DNA of 64,000 nucleotides from Phaeosaccion multiseriatum (taxonomy: Eukaryota > Protista > Ochrophyta, other classes), in assembly GCA_965112735.1 (NCBI GenBank), contig OZ218950.1, positions 7,006,001 through 7,070,000 on the forward strand, read 5' to 3'. This document shows, piece after piece, positions 28,311 to 42,572 of this stretch. Both the position numbers and the translations under genes were made by a program. Under the pieces are notes generated by a model. That model did no database searches. It worked only from the letters and a program-made list of their open reading frames with translations, and was not told the origin of the DNA. Numbering within the stretch: position 1 is the stretch's first letter; each line of letters opens with the position of its first letter.

Positions 28311-31300
28311 ATGCTTACCATGCTGCTACTCTTCGGGTGTGCTACTTTGGTACACGCCTTCTGCCCCCTGAGTCCACTCTCTCGTTTCAGTGAGCAACCC
28401 CTTCTTTCTCCCCCCTTCTCTTCCCCTTCCCTCCTAGCTTCCGTTCCTCAAAGAATGAAAATGGCAAGTGCTGAGGGAAAAGTGAGCTGGGCGGATGTAG
28501 GGCCTAACGAATTGATCGATTTCCTCGCGCAATGCAGGCTGGCAGGTGGGTGAGGGTGGACCGATCATAACACAAATCTCAAATCTCCCTCTCTCTCCCT
28601 CCAGACTCTTTCTCCTCTCGGCCTCCCCCCCCCCCCCAATGTGCCTATCTCTCTATCTCGCTTCCTCCCTCTCTTTTATTTTTTTGCTCCCTGTGCTATC
28701 AGGCGAGTATCTTTTAATCTTCGCTTTTTTTACTCCCTTAGGTACTTGTCACGGCGATCTTTCCTCGTCTACTCTTAGTGTAGTTAGATCGACACTACCA
28801 CCAGGCTGTGATCACCAGTCGCGCATCTCCAGCAACAGTCCTGATCCTACGACTCTCAGGCTGCAGTACAGAGGCAGCAGCTGCGAGGAGTGGTCAGAGC
28901 GGGCAGAGATGATCATGGCAAGGAAGCTGTTTGCTTTGGCCACCAGAAGGCCCAATGATAGAGAAGAAGCAAAGGAGGAGGGGAAGGAGGACGAGGAGCA
29001 AGACGATATGAGGATGATTTTGGATTGCGCGAGTCATGAGCCGCTGGACAAGCGCTACTTCTTCGGGGCCGACCATCTTATTCCCTTAGCTCCTGCTGCT
29101 GCTGCTGCTGCGGCGGCGGCGGCGGCTACTGATGGTGATGATGATGGCGATGATGAGAATTATGATGATGACGCTGCCGGCGCAGCTACTGCTGAGGACG
29201 GCAGTAGGACGGTGGAAAGCGAGAACGATACTACCAGCACAGCAACCACTCCTCGCCCTCAGGAGGGCCCTCAGGAGGGCCCTCAGGAGGGCCCTCAGGA
29301 GGAAGGAAGTGGGGACTGGGTGATGGAACAGTCCTCCTCTTCTACTCCATCTGTTGGTGTGCTGATCAAGACATGTGCCATGGAGTGGAGAACGATCAGG
29401 GCACGTGTGGAGCACATTGTATGCGTTGTGCGTCGTGTGGGGCGGAGCGGCAGGACAAGGAGGAGGAGGAGGACGACGAGAAGGGAAGAGAGGGGGAAGG
29501 CAGCCACGAGAGGCTCTCTAGTAGGAGGCAGTCGAAGCAGCACCAACCGCAGCGGGGAGAAGGAGACGGAGCAGTCCGCTAGCAAGAGCAGCGCCCCCAG
29601 CAGAGGCGGTAGTAGTGGCAGCACCAGTCAGCCTGAGGAGGGGAGAGCAGTACCAGCACTCGGAGAAGTCGTTGTTATCGTGGATTCGCGCGAGAAAGAC
29701 TTCCTCCGTGCATACGACACTCCCGACATGCAGTCCTTGCTGCAAAGCTTGGATGAGCTGCAGAGAGAGGGCTTCGTTCAGCGCGTCGTGAGGGCCACCC
29801 CGAGGGCGGACGGAGTAATGAAGGCGTGGTTTGGGCTGGACGTAAGTGCCAAGCAAACGAACAAACCAACGGGTATGGGTCTGTGGGCTGTCTCTGCCTG
29901 TGTTTGCTTTTTCATATATATGTAGTGTGTGTGTGTGCGTGTGTATGTCTGTCTGTGTGTGCGCTCGTGCGTGTGTGTACGTGTCTGTATAGGTTACGGT
30001 CGCCGTGTGGTGTGTTTTTGAAGTTGCGTGTGCAACTCTGTGGACCCCCGCCTCTTTGATGGCCTTCTACTGTGCGTCCACTCATACAAACACACAGGCC
30101 AGCCATCGCGAAATCAAAGTCTCACAGTCTTACCCTTGCCCCCTTTCACCACCCAACGCCCCCCTCATCACCCCACACGCCTTCGCTCCCTACACATCTT
30201 GGGCCCTGCTATCTTGCGCCTTACTGCCCATCATCCTCCATCATGCTATGTTGCGAGAGAAGCCGAGTGAGAGCACTGCACAGCTCACCCATGCACCCAA
30301 CGGAGCAGTCATCTCTGCCGCCCTGGAGGGCCTTGCTCGTGTGCAGGCCGACATCGTGCTGCAGCTGGACTCTGACGTCCTCTTGTCCGTCGACGAGATC
30401 CAAGGACAACCCAAAGGTATGCTTGTGGGTGCGTGCGTGCGTGCGTGTTGTTGTGTATGTATGTGTGCGTTTCGCGCACGTGTGTTGTTGTGCTTGCAAT
30501 TCAATGCAATGCAAATGCACATCCTATTGACTTAGTCGACGAGGGTGCCTCTCTCTTGCCGCTGCTCACAGGGTTCTTGCCCGTCCTTGAGCTCTTTGAA
30601 AAGGACCGCTCAGCAGTGGCGTTGGCGGTGGCAGGCTTCCACGACAGGGGGCGGAGAATGGAGACGGAAACACCCACGCACACCTACCCGGTGAGTGGTG
30701 AAGTGAGAGAAGCCCTGTAGAATTGGGTCGGATTGGGTGTTTCACAAGGAAGCTTTCACCCTTCTGTTCCTTTTGCCCAGCAGCCCGTGTACGCTCCACT
30801 CGTCTCCTCGGTTGGTGGTGTGCAAGAAGACGAAAAGTCACTCACTCGTCATGGCACGGTTCTCTCCTCTGCTGCTCCCATGCCCAAGCAATGTTCAATA
30901 TTCCCCAGTCCTCCCCCTCCACTCTGGCCACTGCTACCGGCATTCTGCTCACTCGCACTCCCAACGTTCCTCACTTACTGTCCTCGCTGCTCTCACTGGA
31001 TACTGCTGCTCCCTCTCACGCTCACACACCCGGCTCTGCTCCGATGTGAAACACCCAAATACACACACTCACACGCACACGCGCGCACACACACAACAAA
31101 TACACAGGGTTCGGAGGAGGGGTATCGCATCGAATCTCGGGCGTCCTTCATCCACATGGGGCGGTTACGGAAAGTGCTGCCTTTCGAGAAGGTCGACCTT
31201 CGGAGCAAGGGGAAGATAGGTGAGTGGAGTCCTGATGGAAGCTGAGTGCCAACGTGCCAATTGAAGTGCCGTTGTTACGTGTGAGCATGTTCTACCATCT

Positions 31301-33023
31301 GCTGCTATCTGCTGCTACGGTAACGGTAACCGCGTGCGGGGGCGAGGAAAGCGGCAGAGTATTGCATTTATGAGAGCGCATTCATCACAGCAAGGTGGTG
31401 CTCGTTGCTTCAACAAGATAGCACGGAGCAAGGATAGAGCCTGCTGTTCGCGTGATTAGACAGTGTCCTGTCCACATCATTGTTCCCTCTGGCTACCACC
31501 GGCCCGTGATGACGCAATCCAATGCCATAGGGGGGTGGCAGAGGTGGGTGGATGAGGGCCTTCGTCTTTCGGGGTCCTCCTCCTGCCTCGCACCCGAGGA
31601 GCCCAAAACTCATCTCCATGATTGGCGGCATGGTCACATTTTGGAGGGGGAGAAGCGCGTTGGGTCGAAGGAGGAGCAGCAGCAGCAGCAGCAGCAGCAG
31701 GAGGAGGACGAGGAGGAGGAGGAGGAGGAGGAGGAGGAGGAGGAGGAGGAGGAGGAGGAGGAGGAGGGTCTGCTGCAGCAGGGGAAAAGGGCGCAGCAGC
31801 GCCTCGGCCTGAGGTCCTATCGAGGCGGGGCAACGGGGCTGATGTACACGCACCCCTCCAACGAATTCAAGGGACAGACTGCCCAGTACCCGCTCTTCAT
31901 ATCCATTCTCGAGCAGATGAAACAGGTACGCGAGTAGGACCCAGAAAGGTTCTCTAGTTTAGAACTCCTCCTCGCTACACACCATCTCACTCTCTCGCTC
32001 TCTCGCTCGCTCTCTCGCTCGCTCTCTCGCTCTCTCCCTCACTCCTTGCTTCCCCCCTCCCTCTCTGTCTGTTTCACTCCCTCTCTCTCGCCCCCCCCCC
32101 CCCCCTTTCTGCTTGTGTTTGTGCATCAAGGTACCGCGAGGGCAGTGGGACAAGATGGTACTGGACGAGCATCTTCCTTTGACGGAGTGGACTCGAGGCT
32201 TGGTCGACCCCCTCAGTCCTGTGGTGTTCGTCTGCTGTGGAGGTGGGGAAGCGCTCACAGCCACACACGTTTGGCGCTGCATGCGCTCTCTTAGGGCTCA
32301 GACGTTCACCCAGTGGTCCGCGGTGGTCATGCTCGACGAATGTCACCCGTCTGTGTCTGATGTGCTCTTTGCAGAGGCGCAAGGCGAGGAGGAGGAGGAG
32401 GAGGAGGAGGAGGAGGAGGAGGAGGAGGAGGAGGAGGAGGAGGAGGAGCCCGACAGAGGAGAGGTGAGAGGGGGCAGAGAGGGAAGTGCTGACGGTGTGC
32501 ATCAGGACGCCGCCTCCTCCTCCTCCTCCTCCTCCTCCTCCTCCTCCTCCTCCTCCTCCTCGCTTCTTCGGCGTCACGATGGCGCTGCTGATTCCCGCAT
32601 CACCGTGCTACGCACCCATCACCAGAGGGGGGGATTGGCCAACATGGTAACCGTTATCAGGGACGTCATTCCTCCCGAGGCCAACCCTGTATGTATTACC
32701 CTTGACTTGGATGACTGCCTCTTCGATGAAAGGGCTCTTGCGCGAATTATGGCAGTCTACGACAAGTCTCCGGGCCTCGAGCTGGCCGTGGGGGGCATGT
32801 ACAGGAGCGACAAGCCCGAGCAGGTGAGGGCCACGGGGAGCTCTCTCTTGTTCCTTGGTCGTAGAGCTACTGCACTGCACTGCACTGCACTGCACTGTAG
32901 TTTTTGCTTTGCTTTGCTTCGCTTCGCTTTCTTTTCACCCATTTCAAGACTGCTATTGTTGACAGCAACTCGCCATCGTTGCTGGCTGTAGAATGCCGCG
33001 GGAGGAGTGGGGGGGGGGGGCGG

Positions 33024-33081
<58 letters not shown>

Positions 33082-33554
33082 GTGTGTGTGTGCAGTGTGC
33101 CGTGCTTCTTCGCGTCTAAATCGGATACCTTCACACACTCTCTCTGTATCAGACGCTGGACATTTCCTTGGACAAGTGCCGATCGAAGAGAGGAGGAGGA
33201 AACATTTGGTCGCATTGTCGGACGTTCAGAGCCGACCTCTTCCGCCGTATTCCCGACGCGGCGCTGCGATACAAGCCTGCTGCTACCACCGGTGGTCATC
33301 ACGGGAGTCATATCGACAAGCGTGCTGGGACAGGCTCTGCTACTGGTGCTGCTGACACCAGGTACTACGACTTGGCGGCGGATTGGGCGTACATGCTGGA
33401 GATGAGTGAGATGTCTCGCTCCTCCGCCGCCCTTCCTGACCGCCTTTACTTTTACGACGCCCCTCGTAAGAGTCACAAGCGGCGGGCAGAGAGGGAACAA
33501 GTTGTTTCCCACCTGATGAGTGAAGATAAGTCGCGGCTTCTTCAAAAACGTTAA
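28311..33554 (+). CDS. Putative plastid-targeted multidomain glycosyltransferase (two GT-A/GT2-like domains plus an N-terminal kinase-like relic), ~1069 aa; exons 28311-28545, 28742-29841, 30263-30416, 30572-30690, 31108-31219, 31531-31925, 32131-32823, 33153-33554
   Basis: Signal peptide ..LVHA|FCP followed by an S/P/L-rich transit peptide; GT-A domain 1 VGVLIKTC..VVIVDS..IVLQLDSD; GT-A domain 2 VVFVCCG..RCMRSLRAQTFTQWSAVVMLDE..GGLANMV..CITLDLDDCL..NIWSHCRTFRADLF..DWAYML..LYFY. All 7 introns are phase-consistent. Confidence 0.78.
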
Positions 33555-33698
33555 AAAAAGTTTAAATCGGCCGTATTTGAGGGATCGGGCGGCAAGGGGG
33601 AGTGCTCCTGCGGAACTGCTGAAAAACTAGGGAAGGAAGGAAGGAAGTGTTGAAAGATTGACAAGCATCTTAAAGAGCTACACGAAGAGCTATAACCG

Positions 33699-35062
33699 TC
33701 ACTGCGACAGTTGGATGCCATCTATCATGTCATCCCCGAGGGCCGCGATGCCTGCCAGCACCTCGTCCATGTTCGGTACCACCATCACCACCCCCTCGGC
33801 GGCTGTGCCTTCTTCTTTCTTCTTCTCCTCCTCCTCGTCCTCCTCGTCGTCGCCGTCCTCTTCCTCCTCCTCGTCGTCGTCGTCCTCCTCGTCGCCTCTC
33901 GCCCTCTTGTTCCTTCCCTTGTTCTGCCCAGACCCACGAGCCAGCGTCTCCAGCCCTGCTGCCCCGGGGGGGGCGGTGCATCTGGCCTGCTTGATGTTCA
34001 GAGGGAGGGGCACAAAGGCGCTGGGTCGCCATACCACGGCGATGGTGTTGTTGACAGTTTCGTTCACGAAGAAGAGCGCAAGGTGTCCGAACCGATGCCT
34101 CAGGGTCTCCACAAGCTCCGTAATGGGGGAGAAGCCAACGAAGAGGGTCGGGTCTTGCTGCTTCTCGAGGAGTTCCTGCTCCTGCTCCACCCCCTGTCCT
34201 TGCCCATGCCCCTGCCCCTGCGGTCTCATTGACATATTCTTGTAGGTCTTGACGCGGAGGGCCTTGCAGCCGCGCACCCGCTGCCTGGTGAATGCCTCGC
34301 TGCCGCCCAGGCTATTGCCCAGATCCGCGCACAGAGAAGGGTGGATCTTGACGAGACAGCTGAAGCCACTCACCTCCTCCTGGGACAGCTTGAAGGCCGC
34401 GTGCCAGCCTTGCTCTCCTTGACCACCACCTCCTCCACTCCCACCCCTACCACTACTACCGCTGGTCCTGCCCGTCATCCACTCCATCAAGACTCCCGCA
34501 GACACCTTGGCAAGTGCCGACGCCCTCCTCAGCACAACCTTCTCCGGAGCCGCCCCACTCGTCCACGCCGGCGCCCACTTTGTCTCGCGGTCGTACGGCG
34601 CCACCACCCACAGACTGGGACCGTTCTCTCCTCCTCCTCGGCCGCTGCCACTGCCCCCCGCCCTCGCCCTCGCGCGTTCAAAGGCCGTCAGTACGTCACC
34701 GACATCGGTGCTGCTCAAGTCGCCATGTGGGTCCACGATGAGAGGGAGGCGCTCCCAGTCATGTGTGCCCAGGAGTAGAAGGAAGCGCAGAAAGCCGGAC
34801 AAGGCCGAGGAGGGCGGCGTCAGAGGCTCGGGAGAGGAGAAGAGAGCCGCCACCATGAGCTCAATGGTTTCTGCCGACACGTGTCCCGACAGCAAGTGCG
34901 AGTGCAGCCAGCGCAGAGCGAGGCGCACAACGACACCGTAGATGGGCTGCTGGAGGTGGAGGTTGTGAATGAGGCTGTGGTGCGCGCCAGCCTTATCAAC
35001 AAGTCTGGAGATGGTCTGTGCCTCCTCCGCCAGTGAGCTGCCGCCGCTACTGTCACCACCAC

Positions 35063-35100
<38 letters not shown>

Positions 35101-38100
35101 ACAACTTCGGCCTTCTCCCTCTTGCTGGCCAGGCGCAGTCTCCAGCAATATCCGCTGCTATATACGTCCAGGTGGTCTTCTCCGACGGAGCACACGAGCC
35201 CGTACTGCTGCTCCAGACACTGCGCCAGCCGCACCAGCAGAGCCGTCATGGTCGCCCTCACCGCTCGGAGTCCCGCAGGCCAGTGCCCGCTCTCCTCTAG
35301 ACGCACCAGCACCAGCAGAGGCTCGGTCTGGGCGCTAATACGTGTCTTAGAGCTCCTCTGCTGCCAGTACGCCGCTCGTCCATCACCTCCTCCTCCGTCG
35401 TCGCCAGTTGCAGAAGCACCACCACCTCCCTTATCGCCCCTGCTGACCGCGAGAGGGTGCGGCAGGGGAGGGAACACCGCTGTGTATCGTAGCAGCGGCG
35501 AGGCGGCCTGCACAGCCTCCACAGCAAGGGGCATCCCCTTCACATCCCTGAGACGTTTCACCAGCCCGTCGAAGGCCGTCAGGGCCGTCCGGGTCATGTG
35601 ATCGTCGTCGTCGGGCAGCTTCAGGCCGGCGGAGACAGACTTTGCGAGGTCATCAGGGGTGCCCCAGCCGACCGCCACGAGCGACATTAGGTCATTGCCT
35701 GCGAAGCGCAGAGGCTGGGTGGTTGGTTGGTCGTTTGATTGGTTGGTTGGGGAGCGAGGAGGAGGGGGTGGGGGGACACGGAGGAGCTGTCAAGAGCGGC
35801 GCCATCGGATACAGCAGGTGACGCACTTCACGACCATCGCTCTCTCCCCTTGCCAAGCCATCCATGCTTACCTCCCTCACACCCACCCACTCCCACCCTC
35901 CCTTCATCCCTCCTTCCCACCCACTCCCTCCCTCCCTTCCACCCACTCCCTCCTTCTCCCCCCCCCCCCCCCTCCCTCCCTCCCTCCCTTCCTCCCTCCC
36001 TCCTCCTCACTCACCGAGCGGGGCCCTCTACACGGTGGAAAGTGCATGCCCAGCACATGCCTCACAATTTGCTCCAAGATGCGATGCTTGGACCCCTTGA
36101 CGCCTGACTCCCCCCCCCACACCACTGCTTCCACAATATCACCGTCTTGGAAGCGTCGTAGCCCCGCCTTGCTCCCCCAAAACTCTCGAAAGGCCCTCGC
36201 CTTGTCCGCCTGTTGCTGCTGCTGCTGCTGTATCACCAATTGCTCCCCCTCTTGCTGCTGCTGCTGCGTGCCTCCGGACGCCGCTTGAGCGGAAGGGCCT
36301 CTATCCACCAACCGAGTGGCATTCTCCGCTCGTACAAGTATGCCTAGACTGAGCCCCTCCACCACCCCCTTCCTCCCCAGCCCCCCTCCTCCCCCTCCCC
36401 CTCCCCCTCCCCCACCACCACCACCCCTCCCCCTCCCCCTGCCGCTCCCGCTCCCCTCGAACTCTAACCCGAATACCGGAGCATGTTGCCCAAGCTCCCA
36501 GCCCTGGCACCCCGGTGCTCCCAAAAAGTCCTCCCCGGCCTCCGCATCCGGCCCGAGCAGGGGCCGAACTCGCCATGCGCGGTCCCCAAGCCCCTTTCTC
36601 AGGAGCGCTGTGACACGCTGAGCCACGTATTGGGAAGGGGTTAGGTCCAACAGCCCCAGGGCCTCCTCAAGGGTTTCCGAGGAAGTATACTCGACCCCCT
36701 CCTCCTCCTCCTCCTCCTCCTCCTCTTGTCTCTTGTTCTTGCTCTTGTTCTTGCCGCCCCCCCTCCGTCCACCAGCCACAGCAGCTGGTGATACAGCAGC
36801 AGCAGCAGCAGTAGCAGCAGACGCCAGTGCGACCGGCACGTAGACGAAGGCGTCATGCTTGCGCCAGAACGAGGCACGGCTGGTGAACAGAGCAGCAAAG
36901 GCACCACCTGTCGCCGAGGATGACGACGACGAAGACCCACCCCCAACGAGCAATTGCAACGACCTCTTCGCCTCCTCCTGCACCTCCTCCACGGCAGAGC
37001 GACTCATCCTCGCCAGCACGTTGAGGCCCGTAGAGGTGTCCACGAGCACGGCGTCAAAGGCCGCTCGAAAGGCGGCCTCTCCCTCAGCAGACAGGGTAGT
37101 GGGGGCTTCGGGCGAGCACTGCACAGCCAGACACGAGGCCCGCGAGGAGAGCTTTCCTTCTGCCAGCCACTGCAGCATGACGGACAGCACCTGCACGGCA
37201 CTCATCCGAGGGGACAAGCGCTTGTTTTGCACGAGGGCGAGTAGCAGCATGGACCACTCGTGCCCACCCAGAGAGTCGTGGGCCGTGCGCATGCCCCTCT
37301 GCCCCAGCCAAACCTTACCCAACAACACGGCGTCCTGCAGGGCCGGGGCGTTTGCCAGTTGTGAGTGGAGGGCGGCGAGGTGTGTCTTCATTGACATGTC
37401 CTCCAGCACGGCGGCGTTGTAGTGAGGGGTGGCAGGGAGAAGCTCCTCCTCCGCCTCACCCTTGGCGACTCCTGCTCCTGCTCTCCCCCCGCCTCCCCGC
37501 TCCCCCGCTGCTGCTGCCCTCTTGACTATCTCTCTGAGGTGGGGCGGGAGGCGGACGTTGTTGCGCTGCGGGTGCAGCTTGGCGGGAGAGAGGATACCCC
37601 CGTCGGGAGGGAGGCACGGCAGCAGCCGCACCACAAACTTTGCGCCGGCTCCGGACGAGGAAGACGAGGACGGCAGGCGCGGAGACAGCAGCAGGATGGG
37701 CTTCCTACTGTCCCCGCAAAAGTACGCCACCTTCACGTCCCGCACAAGGCCGTGCAAGGCAGATCCCTCGGCCGAGAGGCTCTTGGCGATATGCCCCAGG
37801 TAAAGAGCGCGCTTGTCAAAATAGCGGTGGTTGAGGATATCCTTCGGCAGCAGACTCGCCTGAGGCAAGCCGATTGCAAGGTCGATGTTCAGACTCGGCT
37901 TGATGAGCGTGCGCTGGAGGTAGCTGCCCACGAGGTCGAAGCTCTGGGGGGGGGTGAAGTGCAGGGACACAGGCTTGGACGGGGTGTGGTTCTCCAGGCG
38001 GATGCCCGCCACGGTGGACCCGCTCCCCCCAATCCCCCCTCCTACTCCTCTTCCCCTCAGCGTATTGGCCTCGTTGACGTTCTCACAGTCCGGGAGGTCC

Positions 38101-38507
38101 TCCAAGGCGGCTTTGAGCTGGAAGAGCCAAGCCTCGAGCGCCTTGACGCTCTTGCGTTCGTAGTTCACCTTCACCTCGCGCAGCAGCTCCTCCACCTCAA
38201 GCTTCATGAGATTGGTCTTGAAGAGGTCATCCATCTCCGCCGAGCCCCCACTCGCTGCTGCTGCTCCTGCCGTCCCTCCAGCCCCATCTCCCTCTCTTTT
38301 GCCTTCTCCTGCTGCCGCAGCTGCTGCCGCTGCCGCCCCTTCGCCAACCTTCCCCCCGGCCTGTCGAAGGAGGTTAATTTCATCCGCCGTGGGGACAGCA
38401 TAGTAGCCCTTCTCGCCACCAAACCCATTCCCACTGCCGCTGCTGGTCCTAGTAGTGGTGTGGGCTCGCGCGCGCTTGTACTTCCCTTCCTCCCCTCTCC
38501 CCACCAT
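33699..38507 (-). CDS. NOL6: Nucleolar protein 6 / Utp22 (Nrap family), ~1502 aa; exons 38507-36015 and 35714-33699
   Basis: FDLVGSYL..NIDLAIGLP..KDILNHRYFDKRALYL; TPHYNAAVLED; VDRGPSA..FREFWGSKAGLRRFQDGDIVEAVVW; LEESGHWP; GFLRFLLLL..DW..PLIVD. Confidence 0.93.
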
Positions 38508-38884
38508 ACCTCCCCGCTGCTGGATACCCTTCCTGGTCGAGCTTCTGCTTAGTCCCTTTTCATTGCTGCATAGTGGTTAGCTCAGCTCATATGAGGGGGG
38601 GGAGCTTTTGCGGCAGTCGATCGCAGTTGGTTGCTTCCAGTGGTTGGGGGGGGGGTAGACCCAAACGTGAAACTTTCCTCTCGGCATCGCATCCGGCATC
38701 TTCCTCAATATTCGATATCCCTCCTCTCTCTCTCTCTCTTGTTCCCTCTCCACACTCTCCACAGTCCACTTCGTATTCACGAGTCCACAGTTCTTCCTTT
38801 GGCTCTCCTCTCCGCACCGTCGGGGAAGCTGGTACAGATGTAGAGCGAGGCGGTTCCTGTATTCTTGTTCCCTCGTCGGACACG

Positions 38885-41800
38885 ATGCTCGGCGATGAGT
38901 GGCAATGTCTCGGCGACGTTCCCTACAGGAAGCTGCAGGTGTACGAACTGGAGTGGGGGGGGAGTAGCAGCGCCGAGACCTCGACCTCCTCCATCAAGGA
39001 CGGATCCGGCAATAACAATAGGTTGGAGGACAACCACGTTGCCGCGGCTCCGAATGGCGGCCCGGTGGCCATGGTCCGGGACGAGTCGAGGCTTGTGCAG
39101 GCGGGAAGGAAGCTGCAGCCCACCCTTCGTATCTTCAGCTGCAGCGGTCAGCCCATGGCGGAGGTGCCGTGGGGAGGACCCGCGGCGCAGAGCAGCGACA
39201 GACTTGTGGGGATGGGGTGGACGCAGGCAGAAGGGCTCGTAACCGTCAAGGAGAGGGGGACTGTGTCCGTGTACGACGTCCTCGGAAGGTGAGGGTCTGT
39301 GCGGCTGCAAAAGCCGCTACTTTAGAGGCATGGCGGAGCAGCCGCTTACTCACCGGCGGCGGATAGGAAGGCGCTTTGGAATCTTTCCCACCGTCCTTGT
39401 GATGTGTTTCTTCAGTATTTAATAAGTAAGGCGCGTTGCCCACATGCATTCACTCAGGATTGGATGTCTCTCCCCCCTTTCTTCCATCCCCTGCTGCTTC
39501 CCTGTGACCACGCAGACTGTGCTACGAAATGACTCTCGTGGAGGACAATGTTCGCAAGGGCGTAGACTCCGCCTTCGTCACACATGCCAAGGTACAGAGC
39601 CCAGTGCAAGGAGAGGGGAGAGGAGAGAGCAGCTTTCTTCTTGGCACCTACCTTGCCATGTTCGGTGCCCATCCCTCTCCTTCCTTCTTCTCACACTACC
39701 CACTCCACTCCCTTGTGTACACATGCAGGTGTGGAGCGACGGTATCGCGGCCGTTATGAGCGATCGGGAAGTGCGCATTCTATCAGGCCTGTCTTCCGCG
39801 CTCGCCCTCGGCCAAGGAGGGGGAGGAGGAGAAGGCCCCCCCCCTCAACTGTGCACCATCCGCAGCTCGACAAGCGGTTCGCTGCTGCCCGCTGCCGATA
39901 AGGTGACGTCACTGGCCGTGCTCGAGCCGCAGCACACCCCCTCGGGGCTGCCCGAGCTTCTGTTGGCGACGACCGATGGCAATGTGGTGGTGGCAGCGGA
40001 AGACGTAGGGGGCGGGCCTGGACTCGGCGCTAGAGGGCCCCTTCTGCCGGAGCCGCTACCGGACGCCGTCTTGTCGATGGCAGTGGCCCCCAACGGGAGG
40101 TTTCTGGCCTGCTTCCTCGCCAGCGGGCTGCTCTCCGTCTCCTCCACAGACTTTGCCACCAAAGTGGTTGAATTTGACACAAAGACCAACAGAACAGGGG
40201 CCGCTGTGGCCGCCATGACCAGCGTGCCCCCGCCGGAGCAGATGTGCTGGTGCGGGGAAGACAGCGTGTTGCTCTATTGGAAGGGGGGTATCCTCATGGT
40301 GGGGCCCTACGGAGACTGGGAGCGTTTCCCATACGCCTCCAATCAGCCCCTCCATCTCTCACCCGAGATGGACTGTTGCCGTATCTTGACTCAGAGCCGC
40401 TGCGAGGTACTGCAGCGAGTGCCGCTGTGTACTGAGCTCATCAAGCAGATTGGATCCACCTCTCCTGGTGCACTGCTTGTGGATGCAATGGAGGCCTTTC
40501 AAGGGGGAGACCCCAAGGCCGACGAGATTATACGCGCCATGGTGAGTAGGGACGAGAGGGGTGAGGATGAAGGTGATGGCCACAGACACAGACACAGAGC
40601 CGGAGACGGAGACGGAGACGGAGAGGGCCCCACGGAGGGGGCCATGCCCGCCAGCAGCAGCGGCGGCGGCGAGGGTGGAAGAGGTGGAGGAGGCGGGCGA
40701 GACAGCCGAGGCGGAGACAGAGACAGAGACGGCGATAGTCAGCTGCTGGAGGCTGTGCAGGCGTGCATCTCGGCAGCGGCAGCGGAGCTCGACACGACGA
40801 GGCAAAAGGTGCTTCTACGGGCGGCGGCATACGGAAAGGGTTTTCTTAGCGACTTCGATAGCGATGAATTTGTGCAGTGTTGCAGGAAGCTGAGGGTGCT
40901 CAACACGCTCCGGGGCAAGAAAGTGGGTCTACCCATGACCGTGACCCAATTCGACCACCTTGGGCCCGAGAGGGTGGTGGACCGCCTCGTCGCCAGAAAC
41001 GAACACTTTCTCGCCATGCAGGTGTGCAGCTACCTCGGGCTTCCCTCTGATGGGGTGGCCATTCACTGGGCGTGTCAGAAGCTCCGAGCCTGTTCCGAGG
41101 AACCCTCAACGAACAATCAGGAGCAGTCATATGGGCAGGGGGGTAAGCAGAAGCGACTCAGCGACGCGGAGCTGCTGAAGCTCATTCTAGGCAGGCTCAA
41201 GCCGTGTGGCAAGATTTCGTATGCAAAGATTGCGCACGAGGCCACGCGACTGGGGCGCAGGCACTTGGCCACGCTCCTGCTCGATCACGAGCCTCTGTCG
41301 TCCGACAAAGTGCCGCTGCTGCTGGCCATGGGAGAGGGTGAGCTCGCTCTCACCAAGGCGGTGGAGTCGGGCGACAACGACCTTATATACCTCGCTATGC
41401 TGCATCTGCAGAGCTCCGTCAAGGAGGGCAGCAAGGAGAGCAAGGAGGGTTTCTACCGCCTCATGTACGCGCACCCAGAGGCCTTGGCGCTACTCAAGGC
41501 CTACCACTATCAAACGGACTCCTACGCTGACCGCAAGGCGCTCACGGAGCTGTGTGTCTGGCGAGGCAACTACCTTGAGGCTGCTAGCCTGACAGTGAGG
41601 CACGCCTACCGAGCCGAGCGGGTGCACGACCGCTTGGAGGGATTGAGGGAGGCGGAGAGGCTTCTCGGATGCAACAAGAGGGACCTCGGCTTTCACTTCA
41701 CGTGTACTCGGGATCAGATCGAGCTGTTGGAAGTGCAGAAGGAGCTGGAGAAGAGGACTAAGATGCCTGTGTTTCTGGACCTGTCTTTGGCCGAAACGCT

Positions 41801-42533
41801 CTACCAAGTAGTGAGCATCGCCGCTACTCAGCCGCACGCCGCCGCCAACCCCCTTATGGGTGAGGCCTCCGCCCTGCAGAAGAGGTTCAAGGTGCGTGCG
41901 TGCGTGCGTGCGTGGGTGTGTGGGTGGGTGGGTGGGTGGGTGGGTGGGCGCATGGGTGCGGGGGTGGGCGGATGTGTGGGTGCGGGGTTGGGCGGATGTG
42001 TGGGTGCGTGCGTGCGTATGGGCGGGATGGGGCACGCTGGGTGGGTGAGTGCCAAGACACTTGGGATGTCGTTTTTCTTGACATACTCTATGGCACCCCC
42101 TCCCCTCTATCCTGACACCCCCCACCCCCTCGCTGCACCCCTCACATGGCCAACCGGGGTTGTTGCAGGTACCGGACAAGCGCTTCTGGCACATCAAGGT
42201 CAAGGCCTTGGCCAACAGCGGACAGTGGGCGCAGCTGCAGAAGTGAGTCCAGTCCAGTCATAAGCTAAGTCAGCCACAACAAAAGGCGAGGGAGAAGTAA
42301 CATATGCTTGTCCCATCCATCCGTTGCCATCCATTGCCATCCACCACCTTCCGTGATTGGTGTCAGGTTCGCGGCGGAGAAGAAGAGTCCCATCGGATAC
42401 AAGGTGTTCGCTCTTGCTTGCATCATGCACCATCAGCCCAAGGAGGAGACGGAGCGATACATTGATCGGGTGCGTGCGTGAGTTCCCGTGTGTGGGCGTG
42501 CGTGTGCATGTGTATGTGTGTGTTGTGTGTGTG

Positions 42534-42572
<39 letters not shown>

